A stretch of DNA of 64,000 nt. It comes from an uncultured Candidatus Saccharibacteria bacterium (GTDB taxonomy: Bacteria; Patescibacteriota; Minisyncoccia; Phycocordibacterales; UBA918). The notes below the pieces were generated by a model, which was not told the DNA's origin, did no database searches, and saw only the letters and a program-made list of their open reading frames with translations. The translations under genes were made by a program, and so were the position numbers. Below are positions 17,349 through 26,993 of the stretch, in pieces. The DNA lies in contig CAZBMV010000001.1 of NCBI GenBank assembly GCA_964493145.1, positions 54,623 through 118,622 of the forward strand, written 5' to 3'. The first letter of the stretch is position 1; each line of letters opens with the position of its first letter.

Positions 17349-18170
17349 TTATTTACTCTCAAGCATGCGGATGTTTGATTCAATGGAATTCTGCATCGCC
17401 CTGAACTCGGCTTCGTAGATGTCGGGGTCCACGCTTGGGTATGGAATCTTTGGTTGGTGCTGTGACAGTACGTATGCGGCCTCTTGCGCATTAAAGAGCG
17501 CCTTCTTTGCCTCTTCATACCTTCCGAGACTCAGGAGTACGAGACCGTACGTATTTTGTACCCACGGATTATCCTCGTTGTCCTTAGCGATTGGTTCAAT
17601 GGTCTGAAGTGCCCCGCGGACGTCGCCTGCACGAAATTGCACCCACGCCTTATCGTTTCTTCCCACCCAACTCGTGGAGTACTTTTCAATAAAGATGGAA
17701 AACTCCTCAATCGCTCTCTCGTTGTCACCGAGGTGTCCGTACGCGAGCGCGAGAACGTACCGTGTTTGAGTGTGATCCGGGTACACATCAAGTTCACGTT
17801 CTGCTTCTCTGCGTGAACCTTCAAGATCGCCCAGTATGAAAAGCGTTCGGGAAAGTTGGTGGTGTGCGTATGGCGCCGCCTTCCCAACGGGAGGGTACGA
17901 AGCGTACGTGAAGAGGTATTTTGCAATCTGTACGTTGTAGAGCGAGGGGACTTCTCCAAAAAAAGTGACCCCTGCTTTGTAGTAGAGCGCTGGAGACAAG
18001 AGTCCGTATACGATGAGAATGACGATTGTCGCCACGATCCCGTACCCGACCCAATCCTTGTTTTTGTGTTTTTGACCAAAGGTCATTTGGCTGAGCATGG
18101 GCAAATTGTACCATCTCATGCTGTTTGTGTACCACGAGCGAGGTGCGCTATCATGTACGTATGATTGCAA
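17349..18170 (-). CDS. TPR-repeat protein with N-terminal TM anchor
   Basis: Several 34-aa TPR-like repeats (ALAYGHLGDNERAIEEF etc.). The true start may be the Met at ~18119, avoiding overlap with ruvA. Confidence 0.55.
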   Translation of the reverse strand: MQSYVHDSAPRSWYTNSMRWYNLPMLSQMTFGQKHKNKDWVGYGIVATIVILIVYGLLSPALYYKAGVTFFGEVPSLYNVQIAKYLFTYASYPPVGKAAPYAHHQLSRTLFILGDLEGSRREAERELDVYPDHTQTRYVLALAYGHLGDNERAIEEFSIFIEKYSTSWVGRNDKAWVQFRAGDVRGALQTIEPIAKDNEDNPWVQNTYGLVLLSLGRYEEAKKALFNAQEAAYVLSQHQPKIPYPSVDPDIYEAEFRAMQNSIESNIRMLESK

Positions 18171-18730
18171 AACTCACAGGCGAAGTGGTTGAGGTTATGG
18201 TCGCACAGGTAGTGGTGGACGTCGGTGGTATGGGGTATCTCGTTTCTGTAACAAACGGGAGCGGATACAGTGTGGGGGAACGAATTACGCTTCACACCTA
18301 TCTCGCGGTGCGCGAGAATGCCATGGACCTGTATGGATTCGGAACGCGTGAAGAGCTCCGCATGTTCCAAGAGCTCATCAAGATTCCAAAAATTGGTCCG
18401 AAGACCGCCCTCCAAATACTCTCCCAGACGACACTCGCGATGCTCGCGCACGCCGTGCGAACCGATGACCCGACGTACCTCTCCAAAATGTCCGGCATGG
18501 GCAAGAAGAGCGCGGAAAAAATCGTCTCGGGGCTTCGGGACGTCTTGGGTGATGAGGGAATTTCCGGAGAGTACACGGGAACCAAAAATGGAGACAGTGA
18601 CGTCATTGACGCGCTCATGGTCCTCGGATACTCACAGCGGGACGCGCTTGAGGCGATCCAGCACATCCCGCCTGAAATCACCGAAACGAACGAACGGATC
18701 AGGTACGCGCTCAGGGCGGTCGGTTCCTAA
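18161..18730 (+). CDS. ruvA: Holliday junction branch-migration complex subunit RuvA
   Basis: MIAKLTGEVVEV...VVVDVGGMGYLVSV, HhH region IPKIGPKTALQIL; C-terminal domain III. Start trimmed to the internal Met. Confidence 0.8.
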   Translation: MIAKLTGEVVEVMVAQVVVDVGGMGYLVSVTNGSGYSVGERITLHTYLAVRENAMDLYGFGTREELRMFQELIKIPKIGPKTALQILSQTTLAMLAHAVRTDDPTYLSKMSGMGKKSAEKIVSGLRDVLGDEGISGEYTGTKNGDSDVIDALMVLGYSQRDALEAIQHIPPEITETNERIRYALRAVGS

Positions 18731-18754
18731 TCTTTTTTTGATACGCGGTGAAAA

Positions 18755-20062
18755 ATGGGTATACTGAAGGGATTCTCCATGGACAATATTCTCTATTACA
18801 TAAAGCAACTTATCCCTTCGGGGGTGTTTCGGCTCGTGCAACCTTTTTACCACTACGTCCTCGCGCTCATTGGGGCCGTGTATTACCGCTTCCCCTCAAA
18901 GGAAATCACCGTCATCGGGGTAACCGGGACGAAGGGAAAGTCTACGGTCGTGGAACTCATCAATGCCATCTTTGAGGCCGATGGAAAACGCACCGCAGTC
19001 GCCGGAACCATCCGTTTCAAAATCGGCGAGAAGAGCGAGCGCAACATGTTCAAGATGACGATGCCGGGACGCTTCTTCATGCAAAAATTTCTCCGTGACG
19101 CGGTGAACGCGGGATGTGATGTTGCGATTGTGGAGATGACCTCGCAGGGAGTGCTCCAATCTCGCCACAAGTTCATCCACCTTGATGCGCTCGTGTTCAC
19201 CAACCTCTCACCCGAACACATTGAATCGCACGGTTCGTACGAAAAGTACATCGTCGCAAAACTTGAACTCGCGCGCGCGCTCGAAGAATCACAGAAGCGC
19301 CCTCGGTACATGGTTGCAAACAAGGACGACGAACACGGCGCGCGCTTCCTTGAACGGAGCGTTGAGCACGCTCTCCCCTACGGACTCTCAGACCTTGAAC
19401 TCTACACGCTCAACAAGGAGGATATTAGTCTCGTGATACAGGGATCAACGCTCCGTGTCCCGCTCATCGGTCTCTTCAACGTATACAACACACTCGCGGC
19501 GATAACGTGCGCACGCGCACTCGGCGTACCAATGAAGACGATTCACACCGCACTTACGAACCTTCCGCCTATCAAGGGGCGTGTGGAGCGGTTCAAGTCG
19601 CCAAAGGGTGCAGAACGAAAGGTGACCGCAATTGTTGACTACGCGCACACTCCAGACTCACTTGAGAAACTGTACCTCGCATTTGAAAAAGAAAAGAAAG
19701 TATGCGTACTTGGGAACACCGGTGGGGGGCGAGACACGTGGAAGCGACCGGAAATGGGAAGAATCGCCGATAAGTACTGTGATCGCATTATTTTCACGAA
19801 CGAGGACCCGTACGACGAAGACCCGCGAGAAATCATTGACGACATGGTGCGTGGTATTGAACACGAATCAAAACTCACCATCATTATGGACAGGAGAAAG
19901 GCGATTCGTACGGCACTTGAGGAAGCGCCGGATGGGAGTGTGGTAATTATTTCCGGAAAGGGAACCGACCCGTACATTATGGGCCCGCACAATACCAAAA
20001 CACCTTGGAGCGATGCGAAGGTGGTTCAACAGGAGATGAATGCTCTCTTTGGAGAAGGGTAG
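18755..20062 (+). CDS. murE: Mur ligase family protein (MurE-like, shortened N-domain)
   Basis: P-loop GVTGTKGKST, then GRVERF...VDYAHTPDSLEKL...LGNTGGGRD...TNEDPYDEDP, which follows the MurE C-domain pattern. Substrate specificity cannot be called. Confidence 0.6.
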   Translation: MGILKGFSMDNILYYIKQLIPSGVFRLVQPFYHYVLALIGAVYYRFPSKEITVIGVTGTKGKSTVVELINAIFEADGKRTAVAGTIRFKIGEKSERNMFKMTMPGRFFMQKFLRDAVNAGCDVAIVEMTSQGVLQSRHKFIHLDALVFTNLSPEHIESHGSYEKYIVAKLELARALEESQKRPRYMVANKDDEHGARFLERSVEHALPYGLSDLELYTLNKEDISLVIQGSTLRVPLIGLFNVYNTLAAITCARALGVPMKTIHTALTNLPPIKGRVERFKSPKGAERKVTAIVDYAHTPDSLEKLYLAFEKEKKVCVLGNTGGGRDTWKRPEMGRIADKYCDRIIFTNEDPYDEDPREIIDDMVRGIEHESKLTIIMDRRKAIRTALEEAPDGSVVIISGKGTDPYIMGPHNTKTPWSDAKVVQQEMNALFGEG

Positions 20063-20065
20063 TTC

Positions 20066-20542
20066 CTATTTTCTTTTCGCATCTCGCGCGTGAAAGAGAA
20101 CGATTCCCGCACACACGGAAACGTTGAGGGATTCCTTTGCACCACTCATGGGTATGTGGAGGTGTGTGGTTGCGTCGGTAAGTACTTCACTTTCCACTCC
20201 CGTAATCTCATTCCCAAAAATGAATGCGGTGTCTTCTTTCGTAACGAGCGTTGTATATGGAACGGCGTGTGTCGTTTGCTCTACGGCGACAACGTGGACA
20301 CTTTCCTTCTTCAGTCGTTCTATGAGAGAAACAATACCTTCAACCACCTCGTATGGCACTGTCTCTGTTGCACCGAGCGACGTTTTTTTTATTTCCGCAT
20401 TCTCTCGGCCGAAACGATCCCGCGGAGCGGGTGTGTACCCGGTGATGAAAATTTTGGACACGCCTGCCCCATCCGCAGTCCTGAAAATTGAGCCGACGTT
20501 GTGTGCGCTTCGTATGTTGTGGAGAATGACGTACGTGTGCAT
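20066..20542 (-). CDS. SpoU/TrmH-family RNA 2'-O-methyltransferase
   Basis: The C-terminal 158 aa carry the SPOUT motifs (HNVGSIFRTADGAG, FIFGNEITGV, LHIPMSG). The ORF-track N-terminal 179 aa is charged low-complexity sequence and overlaps the opposite-strand membrane-protein gene. Confidence 0.7.
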   Translation of the reverse strand: MHTYVILHNIRSAHNVGSIFRTADGAGVSKIFITGYTPAPRDRFGRENAEIKKTSLGATETVPYEVVEGIVSLIERLKKESVHVVAVEQTTHAVPYTTLVTKEDTAFIFGNEITGVESEVLTDATTHLHIPMSGAKESLNVSVCAGIVLFHARDAKRK

Positions 20543-20623
20543 GGCTGTGTGTCGCACATCATACACCCATTTTTCGTAGACGCTATTCCTTAACAAGGTT
20601 ACATGGACACGGTACACTGAAGT

Positions 20624-21022
20624 ATGCTCAACATTTTCCCCATTCAGTTTCTCGCTCCGTTTGCATACATGATTCTGCGCGTCGGCATCGGTTTCGTACT
20701 CTTTGTTCTCGGTGTTCGTCACCTTCGTAATCGCTTCGCCCTTCGTGACACGTTCACGTTCCGCCTCTTCCCGTACGGCTTCTTCTTCGCGTGGTATCTC
20801 GCTATTGTGGAAATGGTTATTGGCGTCATGTACCTGCTCGGCCTTTTTACCCAAATCGCCGCTCTCCTCACCATACTCATGTCGCTCAAGTTTCTCATCA
20901 TGCATCGCACTTTCTCGCATCCGCTCATTCCGTCTCGCCTCACATACTTTTTTATGCTCCTTATCTCGGTTTCGCTCCTCATCACCGGCGGTGGCGTGCT
21001 GGGTTTTGATTTGCCGATATAA
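20624..21022 (+). CDS. DoxX-like small membrane protein
   Basis: 132 aa with four TM helices; tentative family. Confidence 0.4.
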   Translation: MLNIFPIQFLAPFAYMILRVGIGFVLFVLGVRHLRNRFALRDTFTFRLFPYGFFFAWYLAIVEMVIGVMYLLGLFTQIAALLTILMSLKFLIMHRTFSHPLIPSRLTYFFMLLISVSLLITGGGVLGFDLPI

Positions 21023-21203
21023 ATAGACATCTGCGGTGCCTGTGGTATAGTTTTGGTGCGCAGGAATGCGCTTTTTCATTTTCTTTTTTGTCTTTACAAA
21101 TTAGAATATAAACATGTTTGGTATATTTCCACACATCCGCCTTACAGGCGCTGTACACCTTTAGGGTATTTTTGTTCGTAAACTCCAATAATTCCACTAA
21201 AGG

Positions 21204-21232
21204 TCCGGAAAAGTGCCCCGCACTTTTCCGCC
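21204..21232. repeat. hairpin AAAAGTGC-CCC-GCACTTTT abutting the tRNA-Lys 5' end; same stem as the first hairpin of the 7074 element, inverted
   Basis: Seen directly. Confidence 0.4.
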
Positions 21233-21237
21233 CATAG

Positions 21238-21310
21238 CTCAGCCGGTAGAGCAGCTCCCTTTTAAGGAGAAGGTCCCAGGTTCGATCCCTGGTGGGCGGA
21301 CAAAATTTTT
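21238..21310 (+). tRNA. tRNA-Lys (anticodon TTT)
   Basis: CCGCCCATAGCTCAGCCGGTAGAGCAGCTCCCTTTTAAGGAGAAGGTCCCAGGTTCGATCCCTGGTGGGCGGA; loop CTTTTAA. Confidence 0.8.
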
Positions 21311-21340
21311 AAAGAAAATTTTGGACGCACAAAAAACTGT

Positions 21341-21366
21341 CCGGGGGACAGTTTTTAAGGGATCGA
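21341..21366 (+). terminator. intrinsic terminator AAAAAACTGTCC-GGG-GGACAGTTTTT
   Basis: Seen directly, 30 nt after tRNA-Lys. Confidence 0.55.
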
Positions 21367-21430
21367 AGACCTTGCGAGATACCTTTGCGAGTGAAGCGAA
21401 GCAAAGTATCCGCAAGGTGTACTGCTCGTG

Positions 21431-21447
21431 TAACGAGAGATACCCTG
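21431..21447 (+). repeat. 17-nt direct duplicate of the tRNA-Lys 3' end (CCCTGGTGGGCGGACAA)
   Basis: Identical to 21297-21313. Confidence 0.5.
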
Positions 21448-21549
21448 GTGGGCGGACAAGCGTTAAGAAACCCTGACCTTCGTCAGGGTTTTAGCTTGTC
21501 CGAGCCGCAGCGATGTTTTGCCGACCGCAAGGAAGCAAAACCGCGAGGC

Positions 21550-22022
21550 GGGGTCGCGAGTGCTTAGATAAATATTTATGAAATTAATATTTAACTTAGC
21601 AACTCGTGACGACAAGGTTTGTTTAGTACGCAAACCACTTTGCGTACGGCGCTTGTCCGAGCCGCAGCGATGTGGCCAGAAAATAACGAGCGTAGCGAAT
21701 ATATTTTCTGAGTCTGTCTTAAAATTCTATTCAAAATGAATTTTAAGACGAAAGCTGTCAAAAAGGCAAAACCGCGAGGCGGGGTCGCGAGTGCTTATGA
21801 GCGAAGCGAATTAGGAACAGCAGTCTGGGAGACTGCTGTTCCGTGACGACAACGCCATTGGGGTCGCGAGTGCTTAACGAACGCAGTGAGTTTAGGAATA
21901 ATAATCTGGGAGATTGTTATTCCGTGACGACAAGATTTGTTTAAGCGAGCTGGGGTCGCGAGTGCTTATGAGCGAAGCGAATTAGGAACAGCAGTCTGGG
22001 AGACTGCTGTTCCGTGACGACA
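21550..22022 (+). repeat. tandem array of four homologous ~66-74-nt structured units (21550-21615, 21781-21852, 21860-21933, 21952-22022)
   Basis: Each unit is GGGGTCGCGAGTGCTTA + variable region ending in a 12-13-bp hairpin + CGTGACGACA(A). Units 2 and 4 are identical; unit 3 keeps its hairpin through compensatory changes. Upstream partial repeats GCAAAACCGCGAGGC x2 and CTTGTCCGAGCCGCAGCGATGT x2. Confidence 0.6.
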
Positions 22023-22107
22023 GGACCAAAGAAGGTTTTGGCACAAAAAGTGATGTCTTTCGCATGGTGGCGAAAAGTGCTACATTTAACTCCATAATCT
22101 AACGTCT

Positions 22108-22848
22108 ATGTTTGAATCCTTTGGCAGTAGTGCGCACGAAAAAAAGGTACTCATTTTATCTCCGGAACGATACGAGGAAACCTTTAAAAAGAACATTGAA
22201 GAGCTACACGATGCGGTTGAGAGTGGCGACACGGAAACCATTGCGAAAGTGCGTTTCTATATTGAAAAACATAAACGCGAGATGTCAGAGTATGTCCGTG
22301 GCATTGATGAAATAGACACCAGCCTTTCAAATGAAATCCTTTCAGATGCCTCAAAAGCAATTCTTATTGACAACCGAATTCTCTTGGAGAAAATTGTTGG
22401 TAACCTTGAACGGTACATTCACGAATACCAAGAAGTGCTCACGGAAAGTACTGATGCGATGTCTTCAGGTGTTTCCAGCGCGGTGGATCCTTTTAAAGAA
22501 CGCGCCGTTCACGTTGAGCGTACCGGCGTTTCTGCACGATACTCACTCGCTGAGGTGCGGCAGTACCGACAAATTTTAAATGACGCGGCGCAAAGTGGTG
22601 ATGCGCAAATACTAAACCTTCTTGAAGAGGCGGTGACAAAGTACACCACAGAAGTGACTTCCTATGAGGTGGCAATCGGCGAAATTGATACTCTGCTTAG
22701 GCGTGAAGAAAATTCGGATGTCACGATTGCCCTCTACACAAACAATAAGATTCTTCTTGAACAAACCATTGCTGAAACGCAACAGCTCATTGATGACTAC
22801 CGAGCGCTTCTCACAAAAGAACTTGGAACGTCAGCATCAACGCTTTAA
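22108..22848 (+). CDS. hypothetical protein with two ~75-aa internal repeats
   Basis: ETIAKVRFYIEKHKREMSEYVRGIDEIDTSL... is repeated as QILNLLEEAVTKYTTEVTSYEVAIGEIDTLL...; both followed by NRILLEK/NKILLEQ. Confidence 0.4.
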   Translation: MFESFGSSAHEKKVLILSPERYEETFKKNIEELHDAVESGDTETIAKVRFYIEKHKREMSEYVRGIDEIDTSLSNEILSDASKAILIDNRILLEKIVGNLERYIHEYQEVLTESTDAMSSGVSSAVDPFKERAVHVERTGVSARYSLAEVRQYRQILNDAAQSGDAQILNLLEEAVTKYTTEVTSYEVAIGEIDTLLRREENSDVTIALYTNNKILLEQTIAETQQLIDDYRALLTKELGTSASTL

Positions 22849-23543
22849 AGCTTGAGCACCCACTGCTCAAGCGCTGTGGCTATGTCGCGCTTTCCGAGAT
22901 GTCCATCGTGGTAGAGCGTGACCAAATTTTTTGTAAGCTCTTCAACCTCACCTGCCTTGAACTTTGTGAGCGCTCGCTTCGCTTTCTGGTATACAAACGG
23001 CTTAAGCCCTGCCTCCTCTGCACCTGCGGTCTTTCCCGCAAGAAGCATTGTCTTCAGTTGCCAAAAAAGAATGCCCACGATTTCCTCCACAGGGACACCT
23101 TCGCGAATATTGGTGATGAGATGCACCCAGAGCACCCTCTTGTCGCGTGCGGCAAGTGCGTCGCTGAGTGCAAACACATTGAGTTTTTCCTCTTCGGCCT
23201 TGCATTCACAGCACACATCGGCAATTTTTGAAAAGATTTTTTTGTCTTCCGCCGGACGTGCGGTCTCAATGACAATGAAATGATGCGAAGACTCCTTGAG
23301 AGCCGCCAAATGTGCGAGAAACGCATCATAAAAGGTGGCGTCTTCGCTCGGTGTATCAAGGAGGATAACTTCCGTTCCTCCGAAGAGCGGCGTGCTCTGC
23401 GCGAGTTCGGAGAGCATACCGTCTTCGTAGGTATCCGCAGTGATGCGAAGCGGTGCTCTATCGCTACCGAGCGTTTCGTGCGCACGTGCAAGTGCCTTCT
23501 GTCGCACCTCGTCGGTATTTTTTCCAAAATAAATATCAAGCAT
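22845..23543 (-). CDS. holA: DNA polymerase III delta subunit-like (short form)
   Basis: PLFGG...VILL segment and C-terminal LSDALAARDKRVLWVHLITNIREGVPVEEIVGILFWQLKTMLLA follow the HolA pattern; immediately downstream of polA. Confidence 0.45.
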   Translation of the reverse strand: MLDIYFGKNTDEVRQKALARAHETLGSDRAPLRITADTYEDGMLSELAQSTPLFGGTEVILLDTPSEDATFYDAFLAHLAALKESSHHFIVIETARPAEDKKIFSKIADVCCECKAEEEKLNVFALSDALAARDKRVLWVHLITNIREGVPVEEIVGILFWQLKTMLLAGKTAGAEEAGLKPFVYQKAKRALTKFKAGEVEELTKNLVTLYHDGHLGKRDIATALEQWVLKL

Positions 23544-25947
23544 GATTCATGTATTCCATCTCATCCCAATTCTTCCCCATTTTCACCTCGGCGGCAATCG
23601 GCACGTCGTGTGTTTCTTCTTTGGTGAGGACTTGCTCCATGATTTCTTTAATTCGGAAAACGACCTCTTTCACGTACGCGTCCTCAATTTCAAACACGAG
23701 CTCGTCGTGTACCTGCAGAAGCATTTTCGCACGTGCACCATTCTTTTCTTTTGCAAGGTAGTCGTGAATTCGTACCATTGCAATGCGAATGATGTCAGCG
23801 GCAGTTCCCTGTACGGGCGCGTTGATTGCCATGCGCTCCGCTTGCGCTCGGATAAAAGGTGCGGAGGAGTTCATGCCGGGGAAATAGCGGCGCCGTCCAA
23901 AGTACGTCTTAGTGTACCCGTGTGCGCGAGCAAATGCTTTTGTCTCTTCAAGGTATTCGGCGAGCCGGGTGAAGGTATTGAAATACGCATTGTAAAACTC
24001 CTGCGCTTCTGCACGCGTCGTCGTATCACCAAGGTTCGCACGGAGCGCATTCACGCCCATGCCGTAGAGAATACCGAAATTAATAACCTTCGCCTCGCGT
24101 CGCATCTCGCGCGTTACCTCCGCAAATGGAACATGGAAAACGCGCGAGGCGACGCCTTGATGCACGTCCTCGCCGTTTTTAAAGATTTCAATCATTTTCT
24201 TGTCGCCGGAGAGAAACGCGGCGATGCGTAACTCAACCTGTGAGTAGTCTATGGAAACGAGCGTGCGCCCATGGTCCGCAATGAATGCTTTTCGTATCTC
24301 GCGACCTTCTTCGGTGCGTACGGGGATGTTTTGAATGTTCGGATTCTGTGATGCCATACGCCCCGTAGTCGTTCCCGCCTGAAGAAACGTCGTGTGGAGT
24401 CGGCCGTCGGCACCGACCATAGTGGGGATGGTGTCCACGTACGTAGATACGAGTTTTTGGATTTCACGGTACCGCAAAATTTCCTCAATGATGGGGTGTG
24501 CGTCTTTCAGTTTTTCCAGTTCCGATTCGCGCGTAGAGCGTTGCCCTGTTGCGGTGTGCTTTTGATTCTTCGGCTTGAGTGCAAGCGTATCGTAGAGAAT
24601 TTCACCGAGCTGTTTCGGCGAATTAACATTGAATTCCTTACCGGCGTGCGCATAGATGCGTTTTTCAAGCTCTGCAATCTCACGATGTATTTTTGCGGAA
24701 AGCGCTTGTAGGTGCGACACATCTATGCGCACTCCCGTTTTCTCCATCTCGCGCAAAACGGGCATGAGTGGCAACTCAATGTCCTCATACACTTTCACAA
24801 GTTCGCGTTTACTGAGTTCCTCTCTGATGTGTGCCTGAATCTGGGAAAAGTCGGAAAGGTTGTGCGCTCGCCCATACTGCACAATGTCGTCGTACGTCGG
24901 ATTTGTCGTTTCGGACGAGAGGAGCCAGAGCGCGAGTGCTGTTTTTTCCACTTCTCCCTCCGGAATCGCACTTTGTTCTTTTGTCGGTACGTCGGTTTTT
25001 ACACTGAAAAGATTTTTCACCCTCGTCGCGAGCGTACGAAAGCCGAGTTCCGCAAAGAGCGTGAGTGCCTTCTCCACATCAAAACCATCTCGCCACGTCT
25101 CCACGGGCAGGGTAAACGTGATGGGCGCATCGCGCCTGATGGTTGCGAGCATTTTAGAAAAGAGCGCCTCTTCTTCATTTGCTTTGAGAAGTTCCACCAT
25201 GCGATCTTTAATTCCCTTTGCGCGGAGCGTTCCTTCGTCTTTCTTGAGCGCGCGATATATTCCCTCAACCGTCTTAAAATGCACAATGAGTTCCGTCGCA
25301 GTCTTCTCTCCCACTCCCTTAATCCCCGGAATATTGTCGGACGGATCACCCCGAAGCCCCTTGTAGTCGGGAATCTGTGAAGGACCGAAGCCGAAGCGTC
25401 CCACAACTCCCCGTTCATCGTAGAGGACGGTGTCGTTTATTCCTTTCTTGAGGGTGTACACGAGCACTCGTTTGTCATCAACGAGTTGGAGTGTGTCCAT
25501 ATCGCCCGATGCAATGATGACGCGCAGGGTTTCGTCTTTTTTCATCTGTTCTGCAATGGTGCCCAAGATATCGTCCGCCTCAAAACCGGGGTACGAGTAC
25601 ACGGGCACGTTGCAGGCATGGAACACATCGTACGAGCGCTGTATCTGTGTGATGAGCGCGTCTTCGGTCTTTGCTCTCCCCGCTTTGTACTCTTTATACA
25701 CTTCGTGGCGGTACGTCGGTTCGGGAAGGTCGTAGCAGGCGACGAGGTAGTCGGGCTTCAGTTCCTCAACGATTTTGAGGAGCATGGCGACAACTCCGTA
25801 GAGTGCACCGGTGGGTTCCCCTGTAGGCGATGCGAAATCGGGAAGCGCGTGGTACGCGCGGTGGAGAATGGCGTGCGCGTCCAGAAGGACAAGTGTCCGT
25901 TCCTTCTCTTCTTTTTTGGTTTTATTTTTTTGCATTTTAAGTTCCAT
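23536..25947 (-). CDS. polA: DNA polymerase I (5'-3' exonuclease + Klenow-like polymerase)
   Basis: 5' nuclease region LVLLDAHAILHRAYHALP and polymerase motifs (DYSQVELRIAAFLSGD, KVINFGILYGMG, QVHDELVFE). Start trimmed to the internal Met; the ORF-track N-terminus overlaps tsaE. Confidence 0.85.
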   Translation of the reverse strand: MELKMQKNKTKKEEKERTLVLLDAHAILHRAYHALPDFASPTGEPTGALYGVVAMLLKIVEELKPDYLVACYDLPEPTYRHEVYKEYKAGRAKTEDALITQIQRSYDVFHACNVPVYSYPGFEADDILGTIAEQMKKDETLRVIIASGDMDTLQLVDDKRVLVYTLKKGINDTVLYDERGVVGRFGFGPSQIPDYKGLRGDPSDNIPGIKGVGEKTATELIVHFKTVEGIYRALKKDEGTLRAKGIKDRMVELLKANEEEALFSKMLATIRRDAPITFTLPVETWRDGFDVEKALTLFAELGFRTLATRVKNLFSVKTDVPTKEQSAIPEGEVEKTALALWLLSSETTNPTYDDIVQYGRAHNLSDFSQIQAHIREELSKRELVKVYEDIELPLMPVLREMEKTGVRIDVSHLQALSAKIHREIAELEKRIYAHAGKEFNVNSPKQLGEILYDTLALKPKNQKHTATGQRSTRESELEKLKDAHPIIEEILRYREIQKLVSTYVDTIPTMVGADGRLHTTFLQAGTTTGRMASQNPNIQNIPVRTEEGREIRKAFIADHGRTLVSIDYSQVELRIAAFLSGDKKMIEIFKNGEDVHQGVASRVFHVPFAEVTREMRREAKVINFGILYGMGVNALRANLGDTTTRAEAQEFYNAYFNTFTRLAEYLEETKAFARAHGYTKTYFGRRRYFPGMNSSAPFIRAQAERMAINAPVQGTAADIIRIAMVRIHDYLAKEKNGARAKMLLQVHDELVFEIEDAYVKEVVFRIKEIMEQVLTKEETHDVPIAAEVKMGKNWDEMEYMNHA

Positions 25948-26374
25948 ACGTAACGGTTCTCGTTTGTTCGTGGAGCGTGAATGAAATGGGGTACGCATCC
26001 TCAGGGATAAGGCGTTCAATTTTTTCCGGCCACTCAATACAGACGAGGCGTGTGGGGTCCTTCAAAAGTTCTTCAAAGCCGAGAACGCGCATCTCGTCGT
26101 CAGACTCAATACGGTACGCATCAATGTGCGTGAGTGTTTTAAAAAATGGGTGGCTTTTAATTGGGTATGATTTCATAATGACGAACGTCGGGCTCGTGAT
26201 TGTCTCTTCAATCGTGAGCACTTTTCCAATCTCCTTCACAAAAGCCGTTTTCCCTGCACCGAGGTCTCCCTGAAGTGCGAGAACGTGTGCATTATTTTTG
26301 AGAGCAAGTCCGTTCACAATTTCATGCGCAAAAGCATACAGCTCATCAATGGTACCGATATCGCGCTTCTCCAT
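25937..26374 (-). CDS. tsaE: tRNA t6A37 biosynthesis ATPase TsaE (YjeE)
   Basis: LALQGDLGAGKTAFVKEI P-loop in a ~145-aa protein. Confidence 0.75.
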   Translation of the reverse strand: MEKRDIGTIDELYAFAHEIVNGLALKNNAHVLALQGDLGAGKTAFVKEIGKVLTIEETITSPTFVIMKSYPIKSHPFFKTLTHIDAYRIESDDEMRVLGFEELLKDPTRLVCIEWPEKIERLIPEDAYPISFTLHEQTRTVTYGT

Positions 26375-26419
26375 TTGGTCATTCTACCATTTTTATCAGA
26401 GAGCGCAGGCAAAAGAAAA

Positions 26420-26455
26420 GGCCGGTTTGCGAGAGTAAACTCTCGCAAACCGGCC
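26420..26455. terminator. 16-bp perfect hairpin GGCCGGTTTGCGAGAG-TAAA-CTCTCGCAAACCGGCC after the lipoprotein gene
   Basis: Seen directly. Confidence 0.55.
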
Positions 26456-26470
26456 CTAGACCAGCCACCA

Positions 26471-26866
26471 TCACCGGATATGGATTCCTCCATATGGGTT
26501 GTGATGCGGCGAAGGAACAGGAATAACCTGTACGCCCTGCCGGCAAACCGGGTGGTAGTCATTGCGATGTGCGTTCCTGTCGTCGCACATCCACGGCACC
26601 GTCTTAGGTGGCACCACCATCATGGGCGGGTAATCATAATGATGATGGTGTCGCGGTTGCCGATATTGCGGCACCACTACCACGGGCGGTGGTGCATACA
26701 TCGGACCGCCACCGTAGTACGGAGGACGCGGCATCGGTTGGGCATTGCTCGCCATCCCGCCAAGGGTGACGTGCTTATCGCGATACGCACCACCGGCGGT
26801 TGCAAGACAGCCCGACATCAGTATCGCCACGAAGGCGATGAAGAGCGTTTTGAAAAGAACGTTCAT
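26471..26866 (-). CDS. Pro/His/Tyr-rich lipoprotein
   Basis: Signal peptide with lipobox LMSGC, then a low-complexity PPYYGGGP...HHHHYDYPP region. Confidence 0.5.
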   Translation of the reverse strand: MNVLFKTLFIAFVAILMSGCLATAGGAYRDKHVTLGGMASNAQPMPRPPYYGGGPMYAPPPVVVVPQYRQPRHHHHYDYPPMMVVPPKTVPWMCDDRNAHRNDYHPVCRQGVQVIPVPSPHHNPYGGIHIR

Positions 26867-26993
26867 GATTTTACCCTCCTTGGTAAAAATTGAATTGTCT
26901 TAATTATACCACAATCACTATTCCTGTCAATAATCCCCAAAAGGGCTTTGTTCTCCGTGCTTTTGGGTATCCTTCGCGTGGTACCATACATAC

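Noticed and set aside
21550-22022. CRISPR array interpretation of the tandem ~70-nt units
   Set aside because: The conserved parts are split into 5' and 3' boxes around a variable hairpin rather than forming one 28-37-nt direct repeat. Two 'spacers' are identical, spacing is irregular (7-165 nt), and no cas genes lie nearby.
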